64,000 nt of DNA from an uncultured Collinsella sp. (GTDB lineage: Bacteria; Actinomycetota; Coriobacteriia; Coriobacteriales; Coriobacteriaceae): NCBI GenBank assembly GCA_938023335.1, contig CALIHA010000053.1:73015-137014 (forward strand). Direction: 5' to 3'. This document shows positions 52,249-60,464 of this stretch, one piece after another; positions within the stretch are counted from its first letter, which is position 1; each line of letters opens with the position of its first letter. A program made the position numbers and the translations under genes. The notes under the pieces were generated by a model that saw nothing but the letters and a program-made list of their open reading frames with translations, searched no databases and was not told the origin of the DNA.

Positions 52249-52731
52249 ATGGCTCAACCCAAGATCCTTCTCACGCGTATCGATGACCGTTTCATTTACG
52301 GGCAAGACGTTGAGCTGTGGAACGAAGCCGTGGGTTCCAATCTTGTCTTAATCGTCAACGATGAGATCGCGGCGGATTCGCGCCAATGGGCACCCATGAG
52401 GGTGGCGGCGCCAGAAGTCGTTTGGACGCGGTTTTTCTCGGTGCAAAGGACCATCGACATCATTTATACCGCAACGCCGCGCCAATGGATTCTCATCATG
52501 GTGGCGTCGCCCACGGATGCACTCGCGCTGGTTAAGGGCGGTGTGCCAATAACCAAGATCAGCATCGGCCATATGCGGGCGAGGGAGGGCAAGCGCTCTG
52601 CAACGCCTGCCATTGCCGTAGACGATACGGACATTGCCGCCTTCAAAGAGTTGCAAAAGCTCGGCATAGAGCTAGAAATCCGTTATCTCCCCAGTTCCGC
52701 CCCCGACCCCATTGGCAATCTGTTCAACTGA
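52249..52731 (+). CDS. Orphan PTS mannose-family EIIB paralog with the phospho-acceptor His replaced by Tyr
   Basis: ILLTRIDDRFIYGQDV vs ILLTRIDNRLVHGQVA in the operon-encoded EIIB. Otherwise full length and collinear (KGGVPI, DIAAFKELQKLGIELEIR). TAC codon at 52297-52299. Confidence 0.75.
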   Translation: MAQPKILLTRIDDRFIYGQDVELWNEAVGSNLVLIVNDEIAADSRQWAPMRVAAPEVVWTRFFSVQRTIDIIYTATPRQWILIMVASPTDALALVKGGVPITKISIGHMRAREGKRSATPAIAVDDTDIAAFKELQKLGIELEIRYLPSSAPDPIGNLFN

Positions 52732-52795
52732 TCCCTTGGGGACGGAGGAAAACGGATCATTTTGCCCTTGCGAGGGATGCGCGCGATGCCGCCTG

Positions 52796-52952
52796 TCAAA
52801 AACTATGCCCATTTACTACGTTTGATTGGCTATCGTCGAGCATGTTGAATTTGAGATAAACAAAACCGCAGGTATACTGCTCACAAATGTAACAAAAACC
52901 GGTGCATGGTCGAGCATCCCGGGCTAAACGTAGTAAATGGGCATAGTTTTGA
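52796..52952. repeat. 157-bp element bounded by about 27-nt near-perfect inverted repeats (TCAAAAACTATGCCCATTTACTACGTTT / AAACGTAGTAAATGGGCATAGTTTTGA), low-GC interior
   Basis: Arms at 52796-52823 and 52926-52952; the only difference is a one-nucleotide A/T-run length. Confidence 0.7.
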
Positions 52953-53057
52953 TATGTCACTCATACAGTCACAGAAAAAACGAGCCTAAAAGATGAAAAA
53001 GCGCCCGCTGGCGGTGGTGCCGGCGGGCGCTGCTGTGCGATATGTCGCGTTGCGGGC

Positions 53058-54110
53058 TTAGTGCCTCATAAAGTGGTATTCGATCACATTGCTGTAGGGA
53101 TGGCCCGGGCCCACAATGCCCTGCGGGAACAGAGGCTGGTGCGGCGTGTCGGGGTACATCTCGGCCTCGAGGGCAAAGCCGGCGCCCCAGCCATAGTTGG
53201 CATCGTCCTTGGCGTGCTCGTCGCCCAGCCAGTTGCCGGTGTAGAGCTGCACGCCCGGGGCAGTGGTGTAGTAGTCCATCTCACGACCGGTCCACATCTC
53301 CTCGACGTGCATCGCGCGGCGCAGGTTGCGGCCGTACTGATAGCCATCGATGCACAGGCAGTGATCGTAGCCACGGGCCTGCTTGATCTGCGGGTCGTCG
53401 GCCTCCATGCCGGGTGCGACGGGGCGAAGCTCGCGAAAGTCAAACGGTGTTCCCTCGACCGGAGCAATCTCGCCGGTTGGGATGTTCTGCTCGTTAATGG
53501 GCAGGTAGTGGGCGGCGTTGGCGACAAAGAAATGTTCGCAGTCCATGCCGGCGTTATGGCCTGCAAGGTTAAAGTACGTGTGGTTGGTCATGGACACGTA
53601 GGTGGCGCGGTCGCTCTCGCAGCCATAATCGATGCGGAAGATGCCGGTGTGCGTAACGGTAAACACGGCCGTAAAGGTTCGGTTGCCGGGCAGGCCCAGC
53701 TCGCCATCCTTAAGCGAGGTGGTCATGCGCACGGCGTTATGGACCTCGTCGAGCTCAACATCCCACACACGTTTGTGCAGACCGTGCTCAAGGTCGCTGT
53801 GCAGGTTGTTGGCGCCCTCGTTGGCGGGCATATGCCAGTCTGTGCCGTCGATGGCGATCGTGGCGCCAGCGGTGCGGTTTGCCACAGGGCCGATGGTCGC
53901 GCCAAAGCAGGCGGGGTTGTCAAAGTAATCCTCGAGCTTATCGAAGCCCAGCACCACATCGCGCACGTTGCCGGCAATGTCGGGCACATCGATACCAAGC
54001 ACCGTGGCGCCATAGTCCATAATGCGAACGCAGATCTCGGGCCCGTTGAGGGTGTAACGATGAACGGGGGTACCGCACGGCGCGGTGCCGAAAAGCTCGG
54101 AAGTGATCAT
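53058..54110 (-). CDS. galM: Galactose mutarotase (aldose 1-epimerase)
   Basis: GFDKLEDY, NLHSD, NHTYFNL, PTGE, YDHC, CLE-type FALEAEMYPD. Confidence 0.87.
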   Translation of the reverse strand: MITSELFGTAPCGTPVHRYTLNGPEICVRIMDYGATVLGIDVPDIAGNVRDVVLGFDKLEDYFDNPACFGATIGPVANRTAGATIAIDGTDWHMPANEGANNLHSDLEHGLHKRVWDVELDEVHNAVRMTTSLKDGELGLPGNRTFTAVFTVTHTGIFRIDYGCESDRATYVSMTNHTYFNLAGHNAGMDCEHFFVANAAHYLPINEQNIPTGEIAPVEGTPFDFRELRPVAPGMEADDPQIKQARGYDHCLCIDGYQYGRNLRRAMHVEEMWTGREMDYYTTAPGVQLYTGNWLGDEHAKDDANYGWGAGFALEAEMYPDTPHQPLFPQGIVGPGHPYSNVIEYHFMRH

Positions 54111-54316
54111 TTGGTTCCTAACATCGAGGTATTTCGGACAAATTGTAGCGCGAACAGGCAAGATTATCACTACACCCCACTAAAGCAGATGGTATTTTTC
54201 TCAAAAAAGTGATGATTGGAGCTGTGCGGGCGTTCATTTTTGACGCGCACGAGTCTGATACAATTTGTTCGTTACTGTTTGAATGATATGCGCGCAAAGA
54301 ACAGCGAGGATTCATC

Positions 54317-55081
54317 GTGATTAAGGCAGAACGACAGGATAAGGTTCGACAACTGCTCGAAGAGCAGGGCACGGTCTCGGTCAAGGAGATTTCGGATGCG
54401 CTGGGCGTCTCGGATATGACGATTCGCCGCGACCTCGAAGAACTTGCGAGCCTGGGCGAGATCGAGCGCGTGCACGGCGGAGCCCGCAGTGCGCAGGGCC
54501 GTCCCCACGCTATGTTGCGCCATGAGTATTCGCACAGCGAAAAGCGCACTAAGCATGCTGAGGAAAAGCTGCAGATTGCGCGCCGTGCTGTGGAGCTTAT
54601 CGAGGAAGGCTCGACCATCTTTTTGGGTACGGGCACCACGGTTGAGCAGATGGCCTCGATGCTGCCGACGTTTCGCCTGCGCATTGTGACCAATTCGCTT
54701 TCGGTGTTTAACCTGCTCGAGGCGCGCGAGGACTGCGACTTGTGCCTCGTGGGCGGTATGTACCGTCGCCGCACCGCCGCTTTTGTGGGACCAACAGCTG
54801 AGGATACCCTGCGCACGCTGGGCATCGATGCGGCGTTTATCGGCGCCAACGGTATCTTGGACGGTGACGTGTCTACGTCCAACATGGACGAGGGCCGTAT
54901 CCAGCAGCTCGCCTTTAGCAAGGCCGACTCGCGCTACCTGATCGCCGACTCCAGCAAGATCGGCAAGCGCGACTTCTACACCTTCTGTCGCCTGGACAAT
55001 TTAGACGCCGTGGTATGCGAACCGGGTATTGCTGATGGAGATCGCGCCGCCATCGAGGAGCACACGCAGGTCATCTGCTAG
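54317..55081 (+). CDS. DeoR-family transcriptional regulator (LacR-like)
   Basis: GTG start; VSVKEISDALGVSDMTIRRDLEEL, C-terminal sugar-phosphate sensor domain. Confidence 0.87.
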   Translation: MIKAERQDKVRQLLEEQGTVSVKEISDALGVSDMTIRRDLEELASLGEIERVHGGARSAQGRPHAMLRHEYSHSEKRTKHAEEKLQIARRAVELIEEGSTIFLGTGTTVEQMASMLPTFRLRIVTNSLSVFNLLEAREDCDLCLVGGMYRRRTAAFVGPTAEDTLRTLGIDAAFIGANGILDGDVSTSNMDEGRIQQLAFSKADSRYLIADSSKIGKRDFYTFCRLDNLDAVVCEPGIADGDRAAIEEHTQVIC

Positions 55082-55200
55082 CTAACGCTATGGGATTGCC
55101 AACAGGCGATGCGGGAGGACTTTTACCTCCTGTCATTGTGGGGAATCAACGCGTGAGCGCTACGCGATATGACGCGTAAATGAGGACTCCACTATCAAAT

Positions 55201-55331
55201 TGTCTCAACCTGTGACAGGTAGGGGTGAAATCACCAACCAGATGTTACAGATTGGGGGGATTGTCCTGTGCATTTGTCTCAATCTGTAACAGCTAGGACC
55301 GAAAAACTCGGCTAGATGTTACAGATTGAGA
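55201..55331. repeat. Two tandem REP-like palindromic units built on TCTC-N-TCTGTAACAG(C/G)TAG arms
   Basis: Unit b arms are 55277-55296 and 55312-55331 (19 of 20 complementary). Unit a at 55201-55258 is more diverged. Homologous to 60199-60348. Confidence 0.7.
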
Positions 55332-55354
55332 TGAACAGGAGGACGGGTGCGGTC

Positions 55355-55400
55355 TAAACAAAATGGCCCGCGCATCACACAACGATGCACGGGCCATTTA
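55355..55400 (-). terminator. Intrinsic terminator of the PTS IICB gene
   Basis: AAATGGCCCG...CGGGCCATTT followed by TTTTGTTT on the minus strand. Confidence 0.7.
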
Positions 55401-55431
55401 TTGTCTGCGAGCGGCAGGTGGTGTCAGCGTC

Positions 55432-57192
55432 TTATGCCTCGAGGTTTTCCTCGATCCAGGCGACGGCACCCTTGGGATCCTTAGTGAGGTCGATGTACTG
55501 TTTGCCCTTGGGCGACAGCAGCGTGATGCCCAGGCGGTCGGTGTCGGCCTTCATCTCGTTGTAATAGGTGCGAACCTGCGGAGCCAGGACGATGACGTTG
55601 TACTGGTCCATGATGGCGTAGTGGCTGCCGTAGGCACCGGCGTTGGCGGTAATGTCGATGCCCAGCTCGTCGGCGCCTTCCTTAAGCGCGTTGGCGAGCA
55701 GTGCAGAGGTGCCGGCGCCAGCGCACAGAACCAGAACCCTCAGGTCCTTGCCCTTAAGGGCGGACGGAGCTGCGGAGGCCTCAGTGGCAGAAGCGGTCTC
55801 GACAACGGGAGCCTCAACGGCGGGGGCGGCAGCGGTCTTGACGGCCTTGGTCTCCTCGGCCTCTTCTTCGGCCAGGGTCTCGGCCTCCTGCTTGCACAGG
55901 ACGTTGTCGTAGGCCTTGCAGAACGGGTAGTAGATCAAGAAGTCAACGACTAGCAGGACGACAACCAGGACCAGAGAGATCGGCTGGAAGTTGGTGTCGA
56001 TGAAGGTGCCGATCGGTCCGGGGAGTGCCCACGGCATGGCATAGATAAAGCCGTTCATGCCCAAAAAGTCGATGAAGAACTTACCAATGAGGACGTTGGC
56101 CACGGGGGCAAACAGGAACGGGATCAGGAAGTACGGGTTGAGGATGATGGGCGCGGCGAACAGCAGCGGCTCGTTGACGGCGAACATCACGGGTACGACA
56201 GAGGCTTTGCCGACGGCCTTGAGCTGCTTGGAGCGCATAAAGAGCAGGAAGATGATCGGGACAATGAACGTGGCGCCGGTGCCGCCGAGTTCGCCGATGT
56301 AGTTACCGAAGTTCTCGGTCAGGGCGAGGGCGGGGTGACCGCCGGCCTGCAGCGTGGCGAGGTTGGTAGTGATGTTGCCAAACAGCGCGGCGTTGAGGGC
56401 AGGCTTAACGACTGAGGGGCCGTGGATGCCCATGAACCAGAAGAGCGGGATCATGAACCAGATGAGGGCGAGGCCGGCGTAAGAATCGGCAGCGGCGAAC
56501 AGCGGGCTCACCAGCGTGGAGATGACGTTGGCAAACGGGACGGCCAAGCAGGTGCGGCAGATAACGTCGATGACGGCGACAAACAGGATGGAGAAGCTGA
56601 AGGCGAAGATGTCGCGGAAGTTCTGGGCGATGGCGCCGGGGACTTCTTTGGGCAGCTTGATGGTGATGTCTCGCTTAATGCAGAAGGCATAGATGTTGAC
56701 CGTGGCAAATGCGGCGACAAAGGAGCTCAGCAGGCCCTTGGTGCCCATGTTGTCGGTAAAGAACACCGAGACATCGGCGCCGTCGATCTTGGCACTCGTC
56801 TGGGTAACGGCCAAGATGAGCATAGCGCACATGGCGGCGACCATGGTGCTCGTGGCGTTGATGGCCTTGCCGGCAGGCATGCGGCGGTTCTTGGAGCCGG
56901 TCAGCGCGCTTGCGGTGGTGCCGGCGACCATGATGCCCACGACGCCCATCGTGAAGTTGTAAACCTTGTTGCAGAAGTTCACGACGTCGACGTTCCACCA
57001 GTCGGGCAGCGTAAAGCCACCGACCGTGGCGACAACGCCCGGCAGGGTCGAAATAAGCAGGAAGACAGAAGAAGACAGAATGATGGGCATTGCTGCCAAA
57101 AAGCCGTCTTTAATGGCCTGAAGGTAGATGTTCTTAGAGACCTTGTCGAAGTACGGCTGACCTTTCTCCAAGAACTTAACGATCGATTCCAT
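55432..57192 (-). CDS. PTS lactose/cellobiose-family EIICB component (copy 1)
   Basis: 586 aa; LacE-like N-terminus (KNIYLQAIKDGF), C-terminal EIIB with VLVLCAGAGTSALLANAL. Confidence 0.9.
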   Translation of the reverse strand: MESIVKFLEKGQPYFDKVSKNIYLQAIKDGFLAAMPIILSSSVFLLISTLPGVVATVGGFTLPDWWNVDVVNFCNKVYNFTMGVVGIMVAGTTASALTGSKNRRMPAGKAINATSTMVAAMCAMLILAVTQTSAKIDGADVSVFFTDNMGTKGLLSSFVAAFATVNIYAFCIKRDITIKLPKEVPGAIAQNFRDIFAFSFSILFVAVIDVICRTCLAVPFANVISTLVSPLFAAADSYAGLALIWFMIPLFWFMGIHGPSVVKPALNAALFGNITTNLATLQAGGHPALALTENFGNYIGELGGTGATFIVPIIFLLFMRSKQLKAVGKASVVPVMFAVNEPLLFAAPIILNPYFLIPFLFAPVANVLIGKFFIDFLGMNGFIYAMPWALPGPIGTFIDTNFQPISLVLVVVLLVVDFLIYYPFCKAYDNVLCKQEAETLAEEEAEETKAVKTAAAPAVEAPVVETASATEASAAPSALKGKDLRVLVLCAGAGTSALLANALKEGADELGIDITANAGAYGSHYAIMDQYNVIVLAPQVRTYYNEMKADTDRLGITLLSPKGKQYIDLTKDPKGAVAWIEENLEA

Positions 57193-57368
57193 AGTTCACG
57201 CTCCTCTTTGCATGAAATCTTAATGGCATGGACGTTGAAAACCTATATGGTCTCCCGCTTGCTAAAAGCCCGGGTGCAGGCGGGGTCGGTCCCAGGGGGA
57301 GAGAGGGGAGCGGCTGGGTTTGTATCGCATAGGGCCGCTCCCTTCTCGGGGGAAAGCGAGGCGATGCG

Positions 57369-58811
57369 CTACTGCGCGTCCGCCATGGTGTCGGCGAGCT
57401 CCTTGTACCAGAGTGCCGACTGCTTGATGTAGCGTTTTTGCGTGTCGAAGTCGATGTAGAACAGGCCGTAGCGCTTGTTATAGCCATTGGCCCACGAGAA
57501 CTGGTCCTGCAGGCTCCAGATAAAGTAGCCCTGGACGTCGACGCCCTCGGCGCGCGCCTGGAGCACCTTCTCCATGTGCTGGTCGACAAAGTCGATGCGC
57601 TCGGGATCAGCGACGATGCCGTTTGCGTCGGGCTCGGGGTCCTTGTGGCCCAGGCCGTTTTCGGTGATATAGATGACGGGGAGGTTGGGATAGGTGGCGC
57701 TGATGTGCTTGAGCGTGTCGTAGAGGCCTTGCGGGTAGATGAGCCAATCCCAGTCGGTGGTGGGGATACCCGGCATATCGACCTGCTGCCCGACGCCCTT
57801 AAACTTAAAGCACGAGGTGCCCTTGTCTCCGGTGCCGTTAAAGCTGTTGGTGGACTCGCCATCGTAGGCGGCGATAAACGCCGACTGATAGTAGTTGAGG
57901 CCGAACATATCGTTGCGGGGCGCCGCCTTGGCGAGCTCCTCCATGTCGCTGTCCTCAACCGTAAGTGTGGCGTTGTTGGCACGCAGAATCTCGTTGATGA
58001 GTGAGAGGGTGCGCGCGGAGTAGTGACCCAGGAAGGCGCCGTCCATGATGAAGTCGGTGTAGAAGGCGTTGTACAGGTCGGCGGCGTGCTGGTCGGCGGG
58101 CGAGTCGGTGGCAGGATATGCCGGCGTCAGGACGTTGACCATGCCAATGCGTCCGCCCAGGTGCTCGGCCTCGTCAAGATCCTTATACAGGTTGACGGCG
58201 CGGGCGTGGGCAACGAGCTCGTTGTGCTGGCTCTGGATGCCGCTCGTCACATCAAAGTGATGGTTGGGCGGGAAGTTGCCTTGGATGTATTGGGAGTGCG
58301 AGAGGCTGATGAGCTCGTTGATGGTGAACCAATTCTTGACCTCGCGGAACTCGCGGAAGCAGAACTCGGCATAGCGCACATAGGCGTCGACGGTCTTGCG
58401 GTTGAGCCAGTCGCCCTGGTTGAACAGGGCAGCGGGGGAGTCAAAGTGATGCAGGGACACATAGGGCTCGACGCCATACTTTTTGCAGCAGGCGAACAAC
58501 TCGTGGTAGTGCTTAACGCCCTCGGCGAGGGGCTCGGCATCGTCGCCGTTGGGGAAGATGCGGGTCCAGGCGATGGACACACGGATGGCGTTGAGTCCAT
58601 GCTCGGCAGAAAGGCGGATATCCTCCTCGTAGCGGTTGTAGAAATCACTGGCCGGGTCGGGCAAAAAGCGACCCTGGGCGACAAGGTAATCGTCCCACAT
58701 GGTCTTGCCCTTGCCTGCCACCTTCGTGGAACCTTCCGTTTGGTACGCGGCGGTTGCGGCGCCCCATACAAAGCCCTTCGGCAGCTGCTGTACGCGGTTT
58801 AGCAAAGACAT
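57369..58811 (-). CDS. GH1 6-phospho-beta-galactosidase/glucosidase (copy 1)
   Basis: FVWGAATAAYQTEG, TINE (acid/base), ITENG (nucleophile). The ATG at 58811 has better RBS spacing than the one at 58817. Confidence 0.9.
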   Translation of the reverse strand: MSLLNRVQQLPKGFVWGAATAAYQTEGSTKVAGKGKTMWDDYLVAQGRFLPDPASDFYNRYEEDIRLSAEHGLNAIRVSIAWTRIFPNGDDAEPLAEGVKHYHELFACCKKYGVEPYVSLHHFDSPAALFNQGDWLNRKTVDAYVRYAEFCFREFREVKNWFTINELISLSHSQYIQGNFPPNHHFDVTSGIQSQHNELVAHARAVNLYKDLDEAEHLGGRIGMVNVLTPAYPATDSPADQHAADLYNAFYTDFIMDGAFLGHYSARTLSLINEILRANNATLTVEDSDMEELAKAAPRNDMFGLNYYQSAFIAAYDGESTNSFNGTGDKGTSCFKFKGVGQQVDMPGIPTTDWDWLIYPQGLYDTLKHISATYPNLPVIYITENGLGHKDPEPDANGIVADPERIDFVDQHMEKVLQARAEGVDVQGYFIWSLQDQFSWANGYNKRYGLFYIDFDTQKRYIKQSALWYKELADTMADAQ

Positions 58812-58931
58812 ATACATACATCCTCTCGTCTCGCTGTTCGATATTGTGCGTTTGAGCTCAGGAGGCTCCCTGGTTAGCGTTCAGCGGTGAAAAAGCCCGA
58901 TAAACACTATCTTAAAATGATTAGAACCAAA

Positions 58932-58969
58932 ATGAGCACGTGAACATTTGACAATGAGCACGTTAACAT
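58932..58969. promoter_or_regulatory. Two adjacent 16-nt LacI-type operator candidates, ATGAGCACGTGAACAT and ATGAGCACGTTAACAT, upstream of the GH1/PTS operon
   Basis: 58932-58947 and 58954-58969; central CG, ATG...CAT ends. Confidence 0.5.
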
Positions 58970-59085
58970 CCGGCTGGGATGTATAGAAACAAAACAACTT
59001 CAAACAGCCGCGAACGGTTGTATTTGTTCGGTAAGCGGTTTTGATTGACAGAAGTTTTCATGTTGTGGTATATGGCTCGGGTATC

Positions 59086-59101
59086 ATGAGCACGTTATCA
59101 A
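59086..59101. promoter_or_regulatory. Third copy of the operator-like motif (ATGAGCACGTTATCAA), just after a TTGACA-N17-GTATAT promoter-like element in front of the LacI-family gene
   Basis: TTGACA at 59045-59050. Confidence 0.4.
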
Positions 59102-59161
59102 TGTATGTACGATGCGCCATGGGCGCGGGGAATAGTTGGGAAGCAGGTTAGCGTGAAAGGC

Positions 59162-60190
59162 ATGGCTCAGCAGACAAGGAATGGTCGTTCGGCGAGCGCG
59201 GCAGAGGTTGCGGCGCTCGCTGGCGTGAGCCGCCAGACTGTGTCTCGCGTGGTCAACGGTATGCCCAACGTGACGGAAAAGACGCGCAAGCGCGTGCTGG
59301 CCGCCATGGAAGAGCTGGGCTTTCGTCCCAATTTTGCTGGAGCGGCGTTGCGCGGCGGGTCGTATCGTTCTATTGGCCTGTGCATGTACAACATCACACG
59401 TGTCGGTAACCTGGCGACGCTCGAGGGTATCATGCAAGCGGCGCGCGAGCACGATTTTGCCGTCACTATGATCGAGATGGGCGGCGACAAGCCCTATGCA
59501 CTTGCCGATGCCTCGCGCCGCATGGTCGAGCGACCCGTCGACGGCATGATTCTCAACATGAACCGCATGGCTCCCGATTTTGAGGAGTTTGTTCCCCAGC
59601 CGGGAGTGCGAACGGTCATCCTGTCCATGTATGCGCATCCGCGCTGCACGACGATCGACTCCGACCAGTATGGTTCGTGCGAGCTGTTGACCAATTATCT
59701 GCTGGAACATGGTCACTCGAATATGCGGTTTGTGGCGGGTCCGGAAAACTCGATTTCCTCGCGTTTTCGTGAGGCCGGTTGGCGCGATACGCTGGGTCGT
59801 GCTCATGTCGATGCCGCTCCGATGCTGCGTGGCGATTGGAGTGCGGACAGTGGGTACGCCATGGGCGAGCGGATTGCGGCCGAGGTGCTTGCCGGCGGGT
59901 CGCAGGCGCCGACTGCCGTGCTTGCGGCAAATGACCAGATGGCGCTGGGCGTTATCGCCGCGCTCGAGAACGCGGGCCTGTCCGTGCCCGACGACGTGAG
60001 CGTGGTTGGTATCGACGACGCACTCGAGGGACTTGTTCCTCACAATCGGCTGACGACGCTGCGATTTGATTTGCGCGGTGTCGGTAAGCTTGCGTTTGAG
60101 GCGGCGATTGGAGAGAGCTCGTCTATCGAGGCGATTCATGTGCCGAGTACGCTGGTCGAACGCTCGACTGTTAGGGACATACGGGGTTAG
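59162..60190 (+). CDS. LacI-family transcriptional regulator
   Basis: AAEVAALAGVSRQTVSRVVNG HTH, periplasmic-binding-fold core, VVGIDD. Confidence 0.88.
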   Translation: MAQQTRNGRSASAAEVAALAGVSRQTVSRVVNGMPNVTEKTRKRVLAAMEELGFRPNFAGAALRGGSYRSIGLCMYNITRVGNLATLEGIMQAAREHDFAVTMIEMGGDKPYALADASRRMVERPVDGMILNMNRMAPDFEEFVPQPGVRTVILSMYAHPRCTTIDSDQYGSCELLTNYLLEHGHSNMRFVAGPENSISSRFREAGWRDTLGRAHVDAAPMLRGDWSADSGYAMGERIAAEVLAGGSQAPTAVLAANDQMALGVIAALENAGLSVPDDVSVVGIDDALEGLVPHNRLTTLRFDLRGVGKLAFEAAIGESSSIEAIHVPSTLVERSTVRDIRG

Positions 60191-60198
60191 GTCCTACT

Positions 60199-60348
60199 CC
60201 GTTTGTCTCGGTCTGTAACAGGTAGACGGTCAAAAGCGGGCTACGTGTTACAGATTTAGATTCTTCGGAAAGCACAATCCTGTTCATCTCGATCTGTAAC
60301 AGCTAGAACCCAAAAACTCGGCTAGATGTTACAGATCGAGACAAACGG
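60199..60348. repeat. Second locus of the REP-like TCTGTAACAG palindromic units (two tandem units plus an outer inverted repeat CCGTTTGTCTC / GAGACAAACGG)
   Basis: Unit arms at 60206-60225/60241-60260 and 60287-60306/60322-60341. Confidence 0.7.
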
Positions 60349-60360
60349 CCCCCAGGTCGA

Positions 60361-60411
60361 ACAAAAACAAAAGGCCGGGGGCGGCGCGCCGTGTGACGTG
60401 CCGCCCCCGGC
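60361..60411 (-). terminator. Intrinsic terminator of the GH1 gene (copy 2)
   Basis: GCCGGGGGCGGC...GCCGCCCCCGGC followed by TTTTGTTTTTGT on the minus strand. Confidence 0.75.
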
Positions 60412-60464
60412 TGAGAAATGGGGACAAGTTATGTGAGTGGGGCAATTCTGCTCGCCGCAAGCCG

